From Thermocrinis sp. (lineage in GTDB: Bacteria; Aquificota; Aquificia; Aquificales; Aquificaceae): a stretch of DNA of 37,211 nucleotides. The notes under the pieces are model-generated. The model had not been told where the DNA came from and did not search any database. It saw nothing but the letters and a program-made list of their open reading frames with translations. Of the stretch, positions 10,801-23,995 are shown one piece after another; within the stretch, counting starts at the first letter, position 1, and every line of letters begins with the position of its first letter. The position numbers were made by a program, and so were the translations under genes. The DNA is taken from contig JAEMPM010000176.1 in NCBI GenBank assembly GCA_022759285.1, positions 1 to 37,211 of the forward strand. The letters are read 5' to 3'.

Positions 10801-12283
10801 CGAAAGCCAACTTACTCCAGAGGAAAAGCTGTTGCAAGCCATCTTTGGAGAAAAATCTAGGGATGTAAAAGATACATCCTTGAGATGTCCGCCCGGTGTT
10901 GAAGGTGTTGTGGTGGATGTTAAGGTCTTTGCCAGAAGGTTGGGAGAGAAGAGAAATTATCTGGCGGAGCATGTGGAAAGGCAGGAAAGGGAAGAGCTTT
11001 TAGCGGATCTGGAGAGAAAGAAAAGGTTGATTGTGGAAGGTAGGAACGCCTTTATTAAAAGTTTGGTGCTTGGAAGGACCTTAGACAAGGAGATCGTCAT
11101 AAAGAAAAAGACCTATACCGCAGGCACTGTCATTGACGAGCAAACATTTAATGCTCTCCTTAACTACATAATCACTAAACCTGAAAACTTGTTTGATGAT
11201 CCAGAACTGTGCGAGAAGATAAGGGAAGTTAGAGATAGGACAAAGGCACAGGTGGATATGCTCACCAAGATCTACGAGGAAAAGCTCGAAGCCATAGGCA
11301 AAAAGAGCGAGCTGCCTCAGGGAGTTATCACCTTAGTTAAGGTGTATATAGCCCAAAAGAGAAAGATCAAAGTGGGCGATAAAATGGCAGGAAGACACGG
11401 AAACAAGGGTGTGATCTCGGTAGTTCTGCCAGTGGAGGATATGCCCTTCCTAGAGGATGGTACTCCCGTGGATATAGTTCTGAATCCCTTGGGTGTTCCA
11501 TCTCGTATGAACGTAGGTCAAATACTAGAAACCCACCTTGGTTGGGCATGTAAAGAACTTGGCAAAAAATTGGGAGAGCTCCTCAAAAACATGGCAGATA
11601 GACAAGAGATAATAAACTTCCTAAAAGAGATATACAGTGTAGGAGACACACCCGACGGACAAAACCAAAAGGCTATAGAAGAATTCCTGAACTCACTCTC
11701 TGAAGAAGAGTTCAAAGAGGTGATAAAGGAATATGCAAAAATGGGTATTCCTATGGCAACGCCTGTCTTTGAAGGAGCGTCGGAGGAGCACATAAAACAG
11801 CTCTTAAGGATGGCTGGTTTGCCAGAAGATGGAAAGACGGTTCTTTACGATGGCAGGACGGGAGAGCCCTTTGACATGAGGGTAACCGTTGGATACATGC
11901 ACATGCTAAAACTCATCCACATGGTGGACGATAAGATCCACGCAAGGAGCACAGGACCTTATTCCTTGGTTACCCAACAGCCTCTCGGAGGAAGGGCACA
12001 GTTTGGTGGTCAAAGACTTGGAGAAATGGAAGTTTGGGCTCTGGAAGCCCACGGTGCTGCATACACCCTCCAGGAAATGCTAACTGTCAAGTCCGACGAC
12101 ATTGAAGGAAGAACAAAGGTCTACGAATCCATAGTGAAAGGTAAGTACATGTATTCTCCCGGAATACCAGAATCCTTCAGGGTGCTTGTAAGAGAACTAA
12201 AAGCGTTAGGTCTTGACGTTAAGTGTGAAAACGGGGCAGAAATGCCCTGCGATAAAGTAGAAAAGCCGGAGGAAGAGCAATGA
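7883..12283 (+). CDS. rpoB: RNA polymerase beta subunit
   Basis: [66 protein letters not shown]. Confidence 0.99.
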   Translation: MRKNLALPRKFFGKREELINPPHLLTVPRESFESFIQFKKPPHKREPKGLEYVFRTSFPMKDPDEKIIIEYLGYEIGEWECNKCGYKAYSDSNFLGGYDVDCPKCGSKLVYKEKFTEEDCKLKGFTYSAPLRVLVRLRTKTKKGERVSEPKKVYFGEIPLMTEKGSFIINGTERVVVNQLIRSPGVFFEEKEERQKETTIVRMLYRASIIPDKGSRIEFELSSTSDILTVRIDKKKLSAGSYVFRAFGLETAYQILKAFYPETKGFFVRGESLFEETTGEEYKPEDLEGHYIFAILRYRGILEGKGVEEEFIEERYIESVEILERLLKDDRIQIDHVCAVPRESVIKSPYEKYIVETLIAECMPRDQGMSQIRLPSKFRLSDIALIDIYKKLRAVEPMIMELEHLVSRARTHFELYFKDITRYDLSKVGRVKLNAKVHKVPKALKPADLERLSSLPPLAVVLEDGREVPATEELLKELFKEKTEVKVKDYTEGEARFLNALDLINVVKYLIDLKHGRQKKDDIAYLGNRRVRAVGELLENQCRIGIARIEKYFRDRCTVVSPEDPNLKPQDLLQPRYLTAAIYDFLKGGTLSQYLDNTNPLSATTHKRRLSALGPGGLTRESAKFEIRDVHPSHYGRICPIETPEGQNIGLVTSLTVYAQLNEYGFIITPYRKVENGKVTDKVEYLAAYEEENFVIAQYTPCAEDGTLLADRVYARYKNDIQIVRPEQVHYMDVSPRQVVSVSASLIPFLEHDDANRALMGSNMQRQAVPLIFTQAPLVGTGMERIVARDSGAVVIAKRGGVVEEVDSKRIVVRVNPEEIDFKDPTDIGIDIYELEKFKRTNQNTCINQRPLVVKGQKVKKGDILADGQSTYRGELALGKDVLVAFMPWRGYNFEDAIVISERLVKDDVYTSIHIEELEVEARETKLGYEEITRSIPGVPERALAHLDEFGIVKIGTYVKPGDILVGKVTPKGESQLTPEEKLLQAIFGEKSRDVKDTSLRCPPGVEGVVVDVKVFARRLGEKRNYLAEHVERQEREELLADLERKKRLIVEGRNAFIKSLVLGRTLDKEIVIKKKTYTAGTVIDEQTFNALLNYIITKPENLFDDPELCEKIREVRDRTKAQVDMLTKIYEEKLEAIGKKSELPQGVITLVKVYIAQKRKIKVGDKMAGRHGNKGVISVVLPVEDMPFLEDGTPVDIVLNPLGVPSRMNVGQILETHLGWACKELGKKLGELLKNMADRQEIINFLKEIYSVGDTPDGQNQKAIEEFLNSLSEEEFKEVIKEYAKMGIPMATPVFEGASEEHIKQLLRMAGLPEDGKTVLYDGRTGEPFDMRVTVGYMHMLKLIHMVDDKIHARSTGPYSLVTQQPLGGRAQFGGQRLGEMEVWALEAHGAAYTLQEMLTVKSDDIEGRTKVYESIVKGKYMYSPGIPESFRVLVRELKALGLDVKCENGAEMPCDKVEKPEEEQ

Positions 12284-15200
12284 GAAAGGGTCTTTTACCT
12301 TTTGAAAGAATAAAGCTTATGCTTGCCTCCCCAGAGGAGATCAGAAGCTGGAGCTATGGGGAGGTCAAAAAACCCGAAACTATAAACTACAGAACTCATA
12401 AGCCCGAGAAGGACGGGCTTTTCTGCGCCAAGATCTTTGGACCCATAAAAGACTATGAATGTCTATGTGGTAAATACAGAGGAAAAAGATATGAGGGTAC
12501 CATCTGTGATAGATGTGGAGTGGAGGTTACCAAATCCTACGTACGTAGGCAGAGGTTCGGGCATATTGAACTTGCAGCTCCTGTTGTCCACATATGGTTC
12601 CTAAAGAGCACTCCCTCCAAGATTGGAACCCTTTTGGGTCTTTCGACCCGAGATGTGGAACGGGTTACCTACTTTGAATCCTACTTGGTTATAGAATATC
12701 CAAGCGAAGAGGAAAGGGAAGCCTTTGAGCAGGCAGAGGACACCATTCCCATAAAGGACGATATGGGCAATACGGTCTTTGTCCGCCTTCATGTGGTGGA
12801 TGAAGACACCTACCTCTCCCAGTATGCGGGTAACTTGGAACACAAGTACGAAGGTGGTATGGGTGCGGAAATGATCAAAAGGGTCCTCTCCGCCTTGGAC
12901 CTGGAGGCTTACGCCAAAAAACTAAGAGAGGAGATCAAGCCCTACAGCCTCTCCTTTGAGGACATGGGCAAAGAATTGGAGGTCAAGTATAAAAAGCTCT
13001 ATCACAAAATGGTCAAGACGGTGGCGGACAACTTCCGACTCTATGGTTTAAACCTCTCCCTACCAGAGGGTATGACCCTAGAGCAAGCCCTTCTTGGTAT
13101 TTTTAATGAAGAGCTTTACTTGAACCCGCAAACTGGAGAGGTCTCTTCGCAAGACTGTGAAGGTTGCCTTACTGGAAGGGAGGCAATTCAAAGGTTTTAC
13201 GAAGTGCAAAGGGAAAAGAAAAAAGACATACCCGTCTTTGAAAAGATTAAGGAAGACATAAGAAGCTTGGTGGTGAGAGAGTTCTCAGAAAGCAAGATAA
13301 AGAAACAACTAAAGGTTCTGAAACTCGTAGAGGGCTTTATAAAAAGCGGAAACAAGCCTGAATGGATGGTTTTGGAGGTCCTGCCCGTCATACCCCCAGA
13401 GCTTAGACCTTTGGTAGCCTTGGATGGTGGAAGATTTGCTTCCTCGGATCTCAACGACCTGTACAGAAGGATCATAAACAGAAACAACAGGCTAAAGAGA
13501 CTCATAGAGCTTGACGCACCGGAGATCATAATAAGGAACGAAAAGAGAATGCTCCAAGAAGTGGTAAACGCCCTCATTGACAACGGAAAAAGCGGCAGAA
13601 CGATTACCCAAAACGGAAGAGCCTTAAAGTCTTTGGCAGATTACCTGAAGGGTAAGCAAGGTAGGTTCAGACAGAACCTCTTAGGAAAAAGGGTGGACTA
13701 CTCAGGAAGAAGTGTGATCGTGGTAGGTCCGGAGCTTAAGATGCATCAGTGCGGACTACCACGGATCATGGCCTTGGAACTCTTTAAGCCCTTTGTTTAT
13801 AGGCGTCTGGAGGAAAAGGGTTATGCTACCTCAATAAAAAGTGCCAAAAAACTGGTAGAAAATCAGACCCCCGAAGCTTGGGAATGCTTGGAAGAAGTGG
13901 TAAAGCAACACCCAGTGCTTTTGAACAGGGCACCTACTCTCCACAGAATGTCCATACAGGCTTTTGAACCCGTCTTGGTAGATGGGAAAGCGATCCAACT
14001 GCATCCTCTAGTTTGCCCGCCATTTAACGCAGACTTTGACGGAGACCAAATGGCGGTGCACGTCCCCCTTGGCATACATGCCCAGTTAGAAGCATACATC
14101 CTTATGCTCTCCACCCAAAATATCCTCTCTCCAGCCCACGGAAAGCCCATAACTTTACCCTCTCAGGATATAGTCTTAGGTGTGTACTACATCACTCAAG
14201 AGGTTAAAGGTGCTAAAGGTGAAGGAAAGCTCTTCTTTAACAGAAAACAGGTGCTTTTGGCTTTAGAGAATGGTGTGGTTGATATTCATGCATCCATAAA
14301 GCTAGTAGAAAAAGGCAAAGTGATAGAAACTACCCCTGGTAGAGTCCTCTTGAACAGCATACTGCCCGAGGACTTTCCCTTTGTCAATGAAGTGATTGAT
14401 AAGAAGGGTATATCAAAGTTGATTTCTAAGATTTACGAAAAATACGGTGTAGAGAGAACTGCCCAATTCTTGGATGACCTAAAAGATCTTGGCTTTAAGA
14501 TGGCAACAAAGGCTGCTGTATCCATTGGTATAGAGGACCTAAAGGTTCCTCAAATTAAGGGAGAAATCCTAAAAGAAGGTTTTAAAAAGACCGACGAAAT
14601 CACAGAGCAACATAGGAAAGGTCTAATAACTGCCAAAGAAAGATACAACAGAATCATTGATGTTTGGTCCGATATAACAGACAGAGTTTCTCGGGCTATG
14701 TTTGAGGAAATAGAGAAGTCTCCAAGACAGGAGAGAGACAAGGTCTATCCTGGCACCTTTAACCCCATATACATGATGGCAAACTCCGGCGCGAGAGGTA
14801 ACAGAGACCAGATCAGACAGCTGGCTGCGATGAGAGGCTTGATGGCAAAGCACACCGGTGAGTTCATAGAAACACCGATTACATCCAACTTTAGAGAAGG
14901 TCTATCGGTTCTTGAGTACTTTATATCCACCTATGGTGCAAGGAAAGGTCTTGCGGACACTGCTTTGAAAACCGCCTTTGCTGGATATCTAACCAGAAGG
15001 TTAGTGGACGTAGCCCAAGATATCCTTATAACCCAAAAGGACTGTGGAACCACAAAGGGTATAGAAATGACCCCCATAGTGGAAGGAGGAGAAGAAAAAG
15101 TATCCCTAAAGGATAGGATCATAGGCAGGACCTTGGCAGAGGATGTGATAGACCCATACACAGGAGAGGTTATAGCCCGAAGAAACACCATAATAGACCC

Positions 15201-16962
15201 AGAATTGGCAGACAAAATAGTGCATAGAGGTATAGAAAAGGTTGTGGTTAGGTCCCCACTCACCTGCGAAGCCGAGTTCGGCGTATGTGCAATGTGCTAC
15301 GGTTGGGACCTTTCACAACGCAAGCTAGTAGATGTAGGCGAAGCGGTTGGTATAATTGCAGCTCAATCCATCGGTGAGCCAGGAACTCAGCTAACAATGA
15401 GAACCTTCCACATAGGTGGTGCTGCCATCGCAGAAAGGGCAAAAGGAGAACTCCTCAACGAAACGGAAGGCTACGTTAAGTTCTATAACATTAAGCTAAT
15501 CACAAATAGAGAAGGCAAGAGGATAAACATATCAAAGGATGGTGCCATAGGAATTGTGGATAAAGAGGGAAGGATGATAGAAAGACATGCGGTACCGTAT
15601 GCGGCGGAGATAAAAGTAAATGAAGGAGATTTTGTAAAGGAAAATACCCTTCTGGCAGAGTGGGATCCATTCAACACATACATAATCTCAGAGGTAGCTG
15701 GTAAAGTAGAACTAAAGGACATAGCCTTGGACATTACAGTCAAAGAAGAGAGAGACCCATTGACAGGAAAGACCTCCACTGTTGTAGCCTTTACCAGACC
15801 TAAGGATGCTATGCTACACACTCCAAGGATAGTAGTTCTGACAGAGGATGGAAGGGAAGTGGTCTACGACCTGCCGGTTAACTCCATAATAAGCATACCC
15901 TCCGAAAATATAAGCACAGAGTGGCATCTGTGTCCTACATGTAGTGAATCGGAGGGAATGGAAATCCAACACAGGTTCTATGTGGTAAAGGATCTCTATG
16001 TCCAACCCGGAGATGTACTGGCGAGGATTCCCAAAGAGATGGCAAAGGTGAGGGACATTGTGGGAGGTCTGCCTCGTGTGGAAGAGCTCTTTGAAGCAAG
16101 GCGTCCCAAGAATCCAGCCATCCTGTCTGAAATAGATGGTATTGTTAGAATATACGAGGATGCAGACGATGTAATCCTCTTCAATCCAAGGACTGGAGAA
16201 ACAAGGAAATACAACATCAGAAAGGATGAATACATCTTGGTAAAACACGGGCAGTATATACAAAAGGGAACCAAGATCACCGATAGAATAGAGGCGGAAA
16301 TAGATGGGCAAGTGAGGATAAAAGGAAGGGGCTATAAGGTAGTGGTCTATAACAAGGAAACAGGCTTGCAGAGGGAATACTTTGTACCAAAAGGCAAACA
16401 CCTTCAAGTTAGAGACGGAGATAAGGTCAATGCGGGAGATCCCCTAACGGATGGAATTCCGGATCCCCACGAAATACTAAGGATAAAAGGAGTGGCAGAA
16501 CTGCAGAAGTTCCTTCTAAAAGAAGTGCAGATGGTTTATAGATTGCAGGGCGTGGATATAAACGACAAACACTTTGAGATCATCATAAGGCAAATGCTCA
16601 GGAAGAGAAGGGTAGTAGATCCAGGCGACAGCAGGTTCCTTATAAATGAAGAGGTGGATATTGAAGAGTTGAAAGAAGAGATAAAGAGAATACAAGAAGA
16701 AGGAGGAAAGATACCCAAAGTAGAGCCTGTGCTTGTGGGTATTTCAAAGGCTGCGTTGAGCTCCAGCAGTTGGATCTCTGCAGCTTCGTTCCAAGAAACC
16801 ACAAAGGTGCTTACAGACGCAGCTTGCGAAGGAAGGGTGGACGAACTGAGAGGTATAAAGGAAAACGTGATCATAGGCAACCTAATTCCTGCAGGAACTG
16901 GGCACGGAGAATACAGCATGGTTGAAGTGGAAGAGGTGAAAGTTAAAAAAGATGTGGTATAA
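12280..16962 (+). CDS. rpoC: RNA polymerase beta' subunit
   Basis: [12 protein letters not shown] catalytic motif, N-terminal Zn finger CLCGKY...[20 protein letters not shown]. Confidence 0.99.
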   Translation: MRKGLLPFERIKLMLASPEEIRSWSYGEVKKPETINYRTHKPEKDGLFCAKIFGPIKDYECLCGKYRGKRYEGTICDRCGVEVTKSYVRRQRFGHIELAAPVVHIWFLKSTPSKIGTLLGLSTRDVERVTYFESYLVIEYPSEEEREAFEQAEDTIPIKDDMGNTVFVRLHVVDEDTYLSQYAGNLEHKYEGGMGAEMIKRVLSALDLEAYAKKLREEIKPYSLSFEDMGKELEVKYKKLYHKMVKTVADNFRLYGLNLSLPEGMTLEQALLGIFNEELYLNPQTGEVSSQDCEGCLTGREAIQRFYEVQREKKKDIPVFEKIKEDIRSLVVREFSESKIKKQLKVLKLVEGFIKSGNKPEWMVLEVLPVIPPELRPLVALDGGRFASSDLNDLYRRIINRNNRLKRLIELDAPEIIIRNEKRMLQEVVNALIDNGKSGRTITQNGRALKSLADYLKGKQGRFRQNLLGKRVDYSGRSVIVVGPELKMHQCGLPRIMALELFKPFVYRRLEEKGYATSIKSAKKLVENQTPEAWECLEEVVKQHPVLLNRAPTLHRMSIQAFEPVLVDGKAIQLHPLVCPPFNADFDGDQMAVHVPLGIHAQLEAYILMLSTQNILSPAHGKPITLPSQDIVLGVYYITQEVKGAKGEGKLFFNRKQVLLALENGVVDIHASIKLVEKGKVIETTPGRVLLNSILPEDFPFVNEVIDKKGISKLISKIYEKYGVERTAQFLDDLKDLGFKMATKAAVSIGIEDLKVPQIKGEILKEGFKKTDEITEQHRKGLITAKERYNRIIDVWSDITDRVSRAMFEEIEKSPRQERDKVYPGTFNPIYMMANSGARGNRDQIRQLAAMRGLMAKHTGEFIETPITSNFREGLSVLEYFISTYGARKGLADTALKTAFAGYLTRRLVDVAQDILITQKDCGTTKGIEMTPIVEGGEEKVSLKDRIIGRTLAEDVIDPYTGEVIARRNTIIDPELADKIVHRGIEKVVVRSPLTCEAEFGVCAMCYGWDLSQRKLVDVGEAVGIIAAQSIGEPGTQLTMRTFHIGGAAIAERAKGELLNETEGYVKFYNIKLITNREGKRINISKDGAIGIVDKEGRMIERHAVPYAAEIKVNEGDFVKENTLLAEWDPFNTYIISEVAGKVELKDIALDITVKEERDPLTGKTSTVVAFTRPKDAMLHTPRIVVLTEDGREVVYDLPVNSIISIPSENISTEWHLCPTCSESEGMEIQHRFYVVKDLYVQPGDVLARIPKEMAKVRDIVGGLPRVEELFEARRPKNPAILSEIDGIVRIYEDADDVILFNPRTGETRKYNIRKDEYILVKHGQYIQKGTKITDRIEAEIDGQVRIKGRGYKVVVYNKETGLQREYFVPKGKHLQVRDGDKVNAGDPLTDGIPDPHEILRIKGVAELQKFLLKEVQMVYRLQGVDINDKHFEIIIRQMLRKRRVVDPGDSRFLINEEVDIEELKEEIKRIQEEGGKIPKVEPVLVGISKAALSSSSWISAASFQETTKVLTDAACEGRVDELRGIKENVIIGNLIPAGTGHGEYSMVEVEEVKVKKDVV

Positions 16963-16963
16963 T
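16955..16963 (+). promoter_or_regulatory. Extended -10 promoter for the str operon, overlapping the rpoC stop
   Basis: TGgTATAAT, containing the rpoC TAA (16960-16962). Confidence 0.6.
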
Positions 16964-16988
16964 TAATAGCTTGCTTAAGGAGGTTGCG

Positions 16989-17387
16989 ATGCCGACCTTT
17001 AATCAGCTTGTAAAGTACGGAAGGGAAAAGAAGAAGAAAAAGAGCAAGGCGCCCGCCCTACAGGGCAACCCTCAAAAGAGGGGTATATGCGTTAGGGTAT
17101 ATACAGTGACTCCTAAGAAGCCAAACTCTGCTCTCAGAAAAGTTGCAAGGGTTAGACTCTCCAACGGCATAGAGGTTACCGCCTACATTCCAGGAGAAGG
17201 GCACAACCTTCAGGAGCACTCCATAGTGTTGGTAAGAGGCGGTAGGGTTAAGGACCTTCCGGGTGTTAGGTACAAGATAATAAGAGGAGCCTTGGATACA
17301 GCAGGTGTTGCCAACAGAAGACAGTCAAGGTCCAAATATGGTACCAAGAGACCAAAACAACAAGCTCAAGCGGGAGGTAAGAAGTAA
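16989..17387 (+). CDS. rpsL: 30S ribosomal protein S12
   Basis: [31 protein letters not shown]; ATG 16989 after AAGGAGGT. Confidence 0.99.
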   Translation: MPTFNQLVKYGREKKKKKSKAPALQGNPQKRGICVRVYTVTPKKPNSALRKVARVRLSNGIEVTAYIPGEGHNLQEHSIVLVRGGRVKDLPGVRYKIIRGALDTAGVANRRQSRSKYGTKRPKQQAQAGGKK

Positions 17388-17869
17388 TGCCTAGAAAAGG
17401 TCCAGTAAAACCAAGGGAAATTCCACCAGATCCTAAATATGGAGACGTATTAGTGCATAAGCTCATAAACAAGGTCATGAAGGATGGTAAAAAAAGTGTA
17501 GCGGAGTGGATCGTATATACCGCTTTAGAGGAGGCGGCAAAGGAAGCAAAAATGTCCCCTGTGGAACTTCTTCATAAGGTGGTCGAGAACCTAAAGCCTG
17601 AGTATGAAGTTAGACCGAGAAGGGTAGGTGGTGCTACCTATCAGGTACCCATAGAGGTGCCACCAAGGAGGCAGATCAGTTTAGCCATAAAGTGGCTCGT
17701 GGAAGCGGCAAGGGAAAGACCAAGGCACAGGGGCAGCTACACGATGATAGAGAGATTGAAGGCGGAGCTGCTGGATGCTTTGGAAGGTAAAGGTGGTGCT
17801 ATAAAGAAGAAGGAAGAAACCCATAGAATGGCAGAGGCTAATAAAGTCTTTGCTCACTTTAGATGGTAA
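17387..17869 (+). CDS. rpsG: 30S ribosomal protein S7
   Basis: [26 protein letters not shown]. Confidence 0.99.
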   Translation: MPRKGPVKPREIPPDPKYGDVLVHKLINKVMKDGKKSVAEWIVYTALEEAAKEAKMSPVELLHKVVENLKPEYEVRPRRVGGATYQVPIEVPPRRQISLAIKWLVEAARERPRHRGSYTMIERLKAELLDALEGKGGAIKKKEETHRMAEANKVFAHFRW

Positions 17870-17879
17870 GGAGGATAAC

Positions 17880-19967
17880 ATGCCAAGGATAGTGCCCATA
17901 GAAAAGCTAAGAAACATAGGTATAGTAGCTCACATTGACGCGGGTAAAACTACTACTACCGAAAGAATTCTCTACTACACAGGTAAAACTTACAAGATAG
18001 GAGAAGTTCACGAAGGTGCCGCAGTTATGGACTGGATGCCCCAAGAAAAAGAAAGGGGTATAACCATCACCGCTGCTACCACAGCATGCTACTGGAAGGA
18101 CCATCAGATAAACATCATAGACACGCCTGGACACGTGGACTTTTCGGTGGAAGTGGTACGCTCTATGAAGGTCTTGGACGGTATCATCTTCATCTTCTCT
18201 GCAGTGGAAGGTGTTCAACCTCAATCGGAAGCCAACTGGAGGTGGGCAGACAGGTTTGGAGTGCCGAGGATCGCTTTTATCAATAAATTGGACAGACTTG
18301 GAGCGGACTTTTATAGGGTACTTAAGGAGATAGAAAACAAGCTCAGCATAAGACCCGTGGCGATCCAAATTCCCATTGGAGCGGAAGATCAGTTTAAGGG
18401 TGTAATAGATCTCATGGAAATGAAGGGTATTATCTGGCTGGAGGAAACACTCGGTGCTAAGTATGAGATCGTAGACATTCCTGAAGAGTACAGAGAAAAG
18501 GCGGAGGAGTGGAGGGCTAAGATGGTGGAAACTATAGTAGAACACGATGATGAACTTATGATGAGGTATCTGGAGGGAGAGGAGATCCCTGTTTCTGACC
18601 TAAAGAGGGTTTTAAGGAAAGCAACCATAGAGAGAAAGCTTGTGCCTGTGCTCTGTGGTTCAGCCTTCAAGAACAAAGGAATTCAGCCGCTGCTTGATGC
18701 GGTTATAGATTATCTGCCTTCACCTCTGGATGTTCCTCCAGTTAAGGGAACAAATCCAAAGACTGGTGAAGAGGAGGAAAGAAAGCCCTTGGATGATGAA
18801 CCATTCTGTGGGTATGTCTTTAAGGTGATGAGTGACCCCTATGCAGGTCAGCTTACCTACTTTAGGGTCTTCTCTGGAAAGGTGTTTGCAGGTTCTTACG
18901 TATACAACGCCACTAAGGACAAGAAGGAAAGAATAGGAAGGCTACTTCTAATGCACGCTAACTCTCGGGAGGACGTACAAGAAGCTGCAGCGGGAGAGAT
19001 CGTTGCTGCTGTAGGTTTGGATGCCACCACTGGAGATACTATCTGTGATGAGAAGGCACCCATAGTTTTAGAAAAGCTTGAGTTCCCAGAACCGGTTATA
19101 TCTATGGCAATAGAACCGAAAACCAAGAAGGATCAAGAAAAGCTTTCTCACGTTCTCAACAAGTTTATGAAGGAAGACCCAACCTTCAGGGCTACCGTGG
19201 ATCAAGAGACAGGTCAAGTACTCATACACGGTATGGGAGAGTTACACTTGGAGATTATAGTGGACAGAATGAAAAGGGAGTATGGAGTGGAGGTTAACGT
19301 AGGCAGACCTCAAGTTGCCTACAAGGAAACTATCAGAAAGAAAGCGGTAGCGGAAGGCAAGTTCATAAGGCAAACTGGTGGAAGAGGTCAATATGGACAC
19401 GTAATTATTGAAATAGAACCCTTAGAGAGAGGTCAAGGTTTTGTTTTTGAAAACGCCATAGTGGGAGGAGTCATTCCAAAAGAATTTATTCCCTCCGTGG
19501 AAAAGGGTGTGAAAGAGGCAATGCAAAACGGAGTGTTAGCTGGATATCCTGTGGTGGATGTGAAGGTGAGACTTTTTGACGGTTCTTACCACGAAGTGGA
19601 CTCCTCAGACATAGCTTTCCAAATAGCAGGTTCTATAGCCTTTAAAGAAGCTATGAAAAAAGCTGATCCTGTGCTCTTAGAGCCTATAATGGAAGTGGAG
19701 GTGGAAACACCCGACGAATACGTAGGAGATGTTATCGGAGACCTCAACTCTCGTAGAGGTAAGATTATGGGAATGGAAAACAAGGGAGTTATTACAGTAG
19801 TGAAGGCATATGTACCACTTGCAGAGATGTTCGGCTATGCCACCACACTGAGGAGCTTGACACAGGGAAGAGGAACCTTTATAATGAAATTTTCTCATTA
19901 CGAAGAAGTACCACAGCATGTGGCGGAGCAGATAATTGGAGAAAGGTCCGCCGCAGCAAAATCTTAA
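17880..19967 (+). CDS. fusA: Elongation factor G
   Basis: [39 protein letters not shown]; ATG 17880 after AAGGAGG. Confidence 0.99.
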   Translation: MPRIVPIEKLRNIGIVAHIDAGKTTTTERILYYTGKTYKIGEVHEGAAVMDWMPQEKERGITITAATTACYWKDHQINIIDTPGHVDFSVEVVRSMKVLDGIIFIFSAVEGVQPQSEANWRWADRFGVPRIAFINKLDRLGADFYRVLKEIENKLSIRPVAIQIPIGAEDQFKGVIDLMEMKGIIWLEETLGAKYEIVDIPEEYREKAEEWRAKMVETIVEHDDELMMRYLEGEEIPVSDLKRVLRKATIERKLVPVLCGSAFKNKGIQPLLDAVIDYLPSPLDVPPVKGTNPKTGEEEERKPLDDEPFCGYVFKVMSDPYAGQLTYFRVFSGKVFAGSYVYNATKDKKERIGRLLLMHANSREDVQEAAAGEIVAAVGLDATTGDTICDEKAPIVLEKLEFPEPVISMAIEPKTKKDQEKLSHVLNKFMKEDPTFRATVDQETGQVLIHGMGELHLEIIVDRMKREYGVEVNVGRPQVAYKETIRKKAVAEGKFIRQTGGRGQYGHVIIEIEPLERGQGFVFENAIVGGVIPKEFIPSVEKGVKEAMQNGVLAGYPVVDVKVRLFDGSYHEVDSSDIAFQIAGSIAFKEAMKKADPVLLEPIMEVEVETPDEYVGDVIGDLNSRRGKIMGMENKGVITVVKAYVPLAEMFGYATTLRSLTQGRGTFIMKFSHYEEVPQHVAEQIIGERSAAAKS

Positions 19968-19968
19968 C

Positions 19969-21212
19969 AGGAGGTAAAACATGGCGAAGGAGAAGTTTGT
20001 AAGAGAGAAGGAGCACGTAAACGTAGGAACAATAGGGCACGTAGACCACGGTAAATCTACCCTAACCTCTGCCATAACTTGCGTCCTTGCCGCAGGCGTA
20101 CTGCCAGGCGGTAAAGCCAAATGCATGAAATACGAAGAAATCGACAAAGCTCCAGAAGAGAAAGAAAGAGGTATAACCATCAACATAACCCACGTGGAGT
20201 ATGAAAGTGCCAAAAGACACTACGCCCACATAGATTGCCCTGGACACGCAGACTACATAAAGAACATGATTACAGGCGCTGCTCAGATGGACGGTGCTAT
20301 CCTTGTGGTATCCGCCGCTGACGGACCTATGCCTCAAACAAGAGAACACGTATTGCTTGCAAGACAGGTTAACGTTCCATACATTGTGGTCTTTATGAAC
20401 AAGTGCGATATGGTGGATGACCCAGAGCTTTTGGACTTGGTTGAGCTTGAAGTGAGGGAGCTTTTGAACAAATACGAATTTCCTGGGGATGAGGTGCCAG
20501 TGATAAGGGGATCTGCTTTGGGAGCTTTGCAGGAGTTGGAAGCAGGGAAGCCAGACAAGTGGTGCAATGCCATAGTGGAGCTTGTGAACGCTTTGGATGA
20601 ACACATACCAACACCTGTGAGGGAGTCAGATAAACCATTCTTGATGCCTATAGAGGACGTCTTTAGCATTTCTGGTCGTGGAACTGTGGTGACGGGAAGG
20701 GTAGAAAGAGGAACTCTAAAGCCTGGTGAGGAAGTGGAGGTAGTAGGACTTAAGGAGGAGCCACTGAAGACAGTGGCAACTTCTATAGAGATGTTCAGGA
20801 AGGTACTTGATGAGGCACTTCCTGGGGACAACATAGGAGTGCTATTGAGGGGAGTGGGTAAGGATGATGTGGAGAGGGGTCAGGTATTGGCAAAACCTGG
20901 GACAGTGAAGCCTCACAGGAAGTTTAGGGCACAGGTGTATATTCTCACCAAGGAGGAAGGTGGAAGGCACAGTCCGTTTTTTGTCAATTACAGGCCACAG
21001 TTTTACTTTAGGACAGCGGACGTGACGGGTGTGATAGTGAAGTTGCCGGAGGGGCAGGAGATGGTTATGCCTGGGGACAATGTGGAGCTTGAGGTGGAGT
21101 TGATAAAGCCAGTAGCTATGGAGGAAGGTTTGAGGTTTGCCATAAGGGAAGGTGGTAAGACTGTTGGTGCAGGTGTCGTTACAAAAATACTTGATTGAGG
21201 TGTGAAAAATGG
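19969..21212 (+). repeat. Direct repeat copy 2 (tuf plus flanks)
   Basis: Matches 3254-4497 at an offset of 16715 bp. Confidence 0.9.
19981..21198 (+). CDS. tuf: Elongation factor Tu (second copy)
   Basis: Protein identical to 3266-4483; follows fusA. Confidence 0.99.
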   Translation: MAKEKFVREKEHVNVGTIGHVDHGKSTLTSAITCVLAAGVLPGGKAKCMKYEEIDKAPEEKERGITINITHVEYESAKRHYAHIDCPGHADYIKNMITGAAQMDGAILVVSAADGPMPQTREHVLLARQVNVPYIVVFMNKCDMVDDPELLDLVELEVRELLNKYEFPGDEVPVIRGSALGALQELEAGKPDKWCNAIVELVNALDEHIPTPVRESDKPFLMPIEDVFSISGRGTVVTGRVERGTLKPGEEVEVVGLKEEPLKTVATSIEMFRKVLDEALPGDNIGVLLRGVGKDDVERGQVLAKPGTVKPHRKFRAQVYILTKEEGGRHSPFFVNYRPQFYFRTADVTGVIVKLPEGQEMVMPGDNVELEVELIKPVAMEEGLRFAIREGGKTVGAGVVTKILD

Positions 21213-21523
21213 AGCAGGACATAATACGAATAAAGCTCAAATCCTACGATCACAGAGTGTTGGATCAGTCTGTTAAGCAGATAGTGGATGTAGTGAAAAG
21301 GACAGGGGGTATGGTGAAGGGTCCCATCCCTCTACCTACCAGAAGGAGAAGATGGATAGTTCTGCGCTCCCCTCACAAGTTTGATCAGTCGAGGGAGCAC
21401 TTTGAAATAAGAGAACACAAGAGGATTTTAGATATAGTGAGGATAACACCTCAAACGGTAGAATCCCTAATGAATTTGAACCTACCAGCGGGAGTAAGTG
21501 TAGAGCTAAAGATAAGGAGTTGA
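21209..21523 (+). CDS. rpsJ: 30S ribosomal protein S10
   Basis: [28 protein letters not shown]. Confidence 0.99.
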   Translation: MEQDIIRIKLKSYDHRVLDQSVKQIVDVVKRTGGMVKGPIPLPTRRRRWIVLRSPHKFDQSREHFEIREHKRILDIVRITPQTVESLMNLNLPAGVSVELKIRS

Positions 21524-21527
21524 TGCT

Positions 21528-22232
21528 ATGGGTCTTGGAGCTTTTGGAATAAAACTTGGAATGACTAGAGTATTTTTAAAGGATGGCACCGCAGTACCAG
21601 TAACGGCCATAAAGGTGCCAAAGCATACGGTAGTTGCCATCAAAACAGTGGAAAAGGATGGCTACAATGCAATTCAACTGGGAGCCTTTGAAACCACAGA
21701 GAAAAAACTGACAAAGCCGGAGATAGGTCACTTAAAGAAAGCTGGAGTTAAGCTTTTGAGAAGGCTTAAAGAGTTCAGGGTGGAAAATCCACAGGATTAT
21801 CAAGTGGGTCAGGAGTTAACGGTGGCAGATCTTTTTAAACCCGGAGAGCTGGTAGATGTGGTAGGCATCAGCAAGGGTAGAGGTTTTGCAGGTACTATGA
21901 AGAGGTGGGATTTTGGAGGATTTCCTAAGTCCCACGGACACAGGTACCACAGGGCTGTAGGTTCAATAGGTCAAAGAACAGATCCAGGAAGGGTTTGGAA
22001 GGGCAAAAGGATGGCCGGGCATTGGGGTGCAGAAAAGATCAGAGTTCAATCCTTGCTTGTGGTGGATGTTTTACCAGATTTAGAAGTAATCCTAGTAAAA
22101 GGTTCCGTACCTGGTCATCCAAAAGGTGTTCTGATTATAGAAAAGAGCAAGATAGCTAACAGAAGATCTCAAAGACTAAAGCTGAATAGAATAAAGCATA
22201 TTCCTGAAAACTTACTGAGGAGTGTCCAATGA
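21528..22232 (+). CDS. rplC: 50S ribosomal protein L3
   Basis: [33 protein letters not shown]. Confidence 0.98.
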   Translation: MGLGAFGIKLGMTRVFLKDGTAVPVTAIKVPKHTVVAIKTVEKDGYNAIQLGAFETTEKKLTKPEIGHLKKAGVKLLRRLKEFRVENPQDYQVGQELTVADLFKPGELVDVVGISKGRGFAGTMKRWDFGGFPKSHGHRYHRAVGSIGQRTDPGRVWKGKRMAGHWGAEKIRVQSLLVVDVLPDLEVILVKGSVPGHPKGVLIIEKSKIANRRSQRLKLNRIKHIPENLLRSVQ

Positions 22233-22825
22233 GTGAGCTGAGCGAACTTAGAGAGGACATATTTGGTGTTGAAGTGAAAAAGCATGTCCTTTGGGAAGTG
22301 GTCAAATGGCAACTTGCCTGCCGAAGGCAAGGAACTCACAGCACAAAGACTCGCGGTGAAGTAGCATACAGCGGAAGGAAGATCCTACCTCAGAAGGGAA
22401 CGGGAAACGCTAGACACGGAGACAGAGGTGCCCCCATCTTCGTAGGTGGTGGTGTGGCCCACGGACCAAAGCCAAGGGACTACTACTATCCGTTACCTAA
22501 GAAGGTGAGAAAGTTAGCCCTGAAGATGGCACTCTCTTCCAAAGCTCAAGAAAAAGCAATAAGCTTGGTGGATCAAATTCCCATCGGAGACGTACCAAAA
22601 ACCAAAAAGGCAGTGGAGTTCCTGCGTACCCAAGGTTTGGAGGGTAAGAAGGTTCTTCTAGTACTTCCTGAGAAGGATGAAGTGATCTATAAATCCTTTA
22701 GAAACCTTCCTTATGCGAAGGTTCTTCCCGTAGAAGGGTTGAACGTTTACGACATCCTTTGGGCTGACCATTTAATTATTACAAGACCATCTTTGGAAAA
22801 GATCTACGAGAGGTTGGGCTCATGA
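22229..22825 (+). CDS. rplD: 50S ribosomal protein L4
   Basis: [36 protein letters not shown]. Confidence 0.98.
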   Translation: MSELSELREDIFGVEVKKHVLWEVVKWQLACRRQGTHSTKTRGEVAYSGRKILPQKGTGNARHGDRGAPIFVGGGVAHGPKPRDYYYPLPKKVRKLALKMALSSKAQEKAISLVDQIPIGDVPKTKKAVEFLRTQGLEGKKVLLVLPEKDEVIYKSFRNLPYAKVLPVEGLNVYDILWADHLIITRPSLEKIYERLGS

Positions 22826-23118
22826 GGAGACCAGAGGAGATCATAATAAGACCCATAATAACCGAGAAGAGCAACAGGCTTATGGAAATGAAAAAGTACA
22901 CTTTTGAGGTGGCAATGGATGCTAACAAGCACGAGATAAAGCACGCTATACAAACCCTCTTTGGTGTAAAAGTGCTAAAGGTTAATACCATGATCGTTAA
23001 GCCGAGAAAGAGAAGGGTCTTTGGAAAGTTCGGAAAGTATGGCTACACAAAGGCTTACAAAAAGGCCATAGTAACTATAGACCCTTCTCAGGAAATAGAC
23101 CTTTCAAAGGTGAGGTAA
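22822..23118 (+). CDS. rplW: 50S ribosomal protein L23
   Basis: PIITEKS, ANKHEIK, KVNT, YKKAIVT. Confidence 0.98.
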   Translation: MRRPEEIIIRPIITEKSNRLMEMKKYTFEVAMDANKHEIKHAIQTLFGVKVLKVNTMIVKPRKRRVFGKFGKYGYTKAYKKAIVTIDPSQEIDLSKVR

Positions 23119-23122
23119 AAAC

Positions 23123-23995
23123 ATGGGTGTAAGAAAGTTAAAGCCTGTTACCAACGGACAGAGACATGCGATTCTGTATGACTTTGCAGAGATCACCAAG
23201 AGTGAGCCCGAAAAGTCCTTAACCTACTTTTACAAAAGGGCTAAAGGACGCTCTCATGGTAAGATCACCGTTAGGTCAAGGGGTGGAGGACACAAGAAGA
23301 GATACAGGATTATAGACTTCAAAAGGGATAAGAGCCTTGTGCCTGCCAAGGTAGTAGCAATAGAGTATGACCCCTTCAGGTCTGCACGTATAGCATTGCT
23401 ACACTACGCGGATGGTGAAAAGAGGTATATTATTTGGCCCGAAGGTCTCAAGGTTGGAGATACCGTCATATCCATATCCTACGAAGACGCAGAGGCAGGG
23501 AAGGAACTCCCGGAAATAAAGCCCGGTAACGCATTACCTTTAAAGTACATCCCTGTGGGAACTATAATCCACAACATAGAACTTCACCCTGGAAAAGGTG
23601 GTCAGCTGGTTAGATCTGCGGGTACTTCTGCACAGGTTCTGGGTAAGGTTGGTGATTATGTGCAGGTTAGGTTGCCCTCTGGAGAAATAAGACTCATCCA
23701 TCAAAGGTGTATGGCTACCGTGGGTGCAGTTGGTTTAGCGGAACACGAGCTTGTAAAGCTTGGCAAAGCTGGAAGAGCAAGATGGCTTGGTTGGAGACCT
23801 CATACCCGTGGAACCGCCATGAACCCAGTGGACCACCCCCACGGTGGTGGTGAGGGTAAAACCAAAGGAAAGCACCCAGAATCTCCTTGGGGATGGAAAA
23901 CAAAAGGATACAAGACCAGAAGGGGCAAAAAGTACTCAGACAAGTTTATTCTTGTTAACAGGAAGGGTAAACCTCTAAAGGAGGGTGTTAAGTAA
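23123..23995 (+). CDS. rplB: 50S ribosomal protein L2
   Basis: [37 protein letters not shown]. Confidence 0.99.
   Translation: MGVRKLKPVTNGQRHAILYDFAEITKSEPEKSLTYFYKRAKGRSHGKITVRSRGGGHKKRYRIIDFKRDKSLVPAKVVAIEYDPFRSARIALLHYADGEKRYIIWPEGLKVGDTVISISYEDAEAGKELPEIKPGNALPLKYIPVGTIIHNIELHPGKGGQLVRSAGTSAQVLGKVGDYVQVRLPSGEIRLIHQRCMATVGAVGLAEHELVKLGKAGRARWLGWRPHTRGTAMNPVDHPHGGGEGKTKGKHPESPWGWKTKGYKTRRGKKYSDKFILVNRKGKPLKEGVK

Noticed and set aside
7883-16962. Inteins or an rpoB-rpoC fusion to explain the large subunits
   Set aside because: No intein splice or LAGLIDADG motifs were seen, and the genes are separate ORFs with an ATGA overlap.
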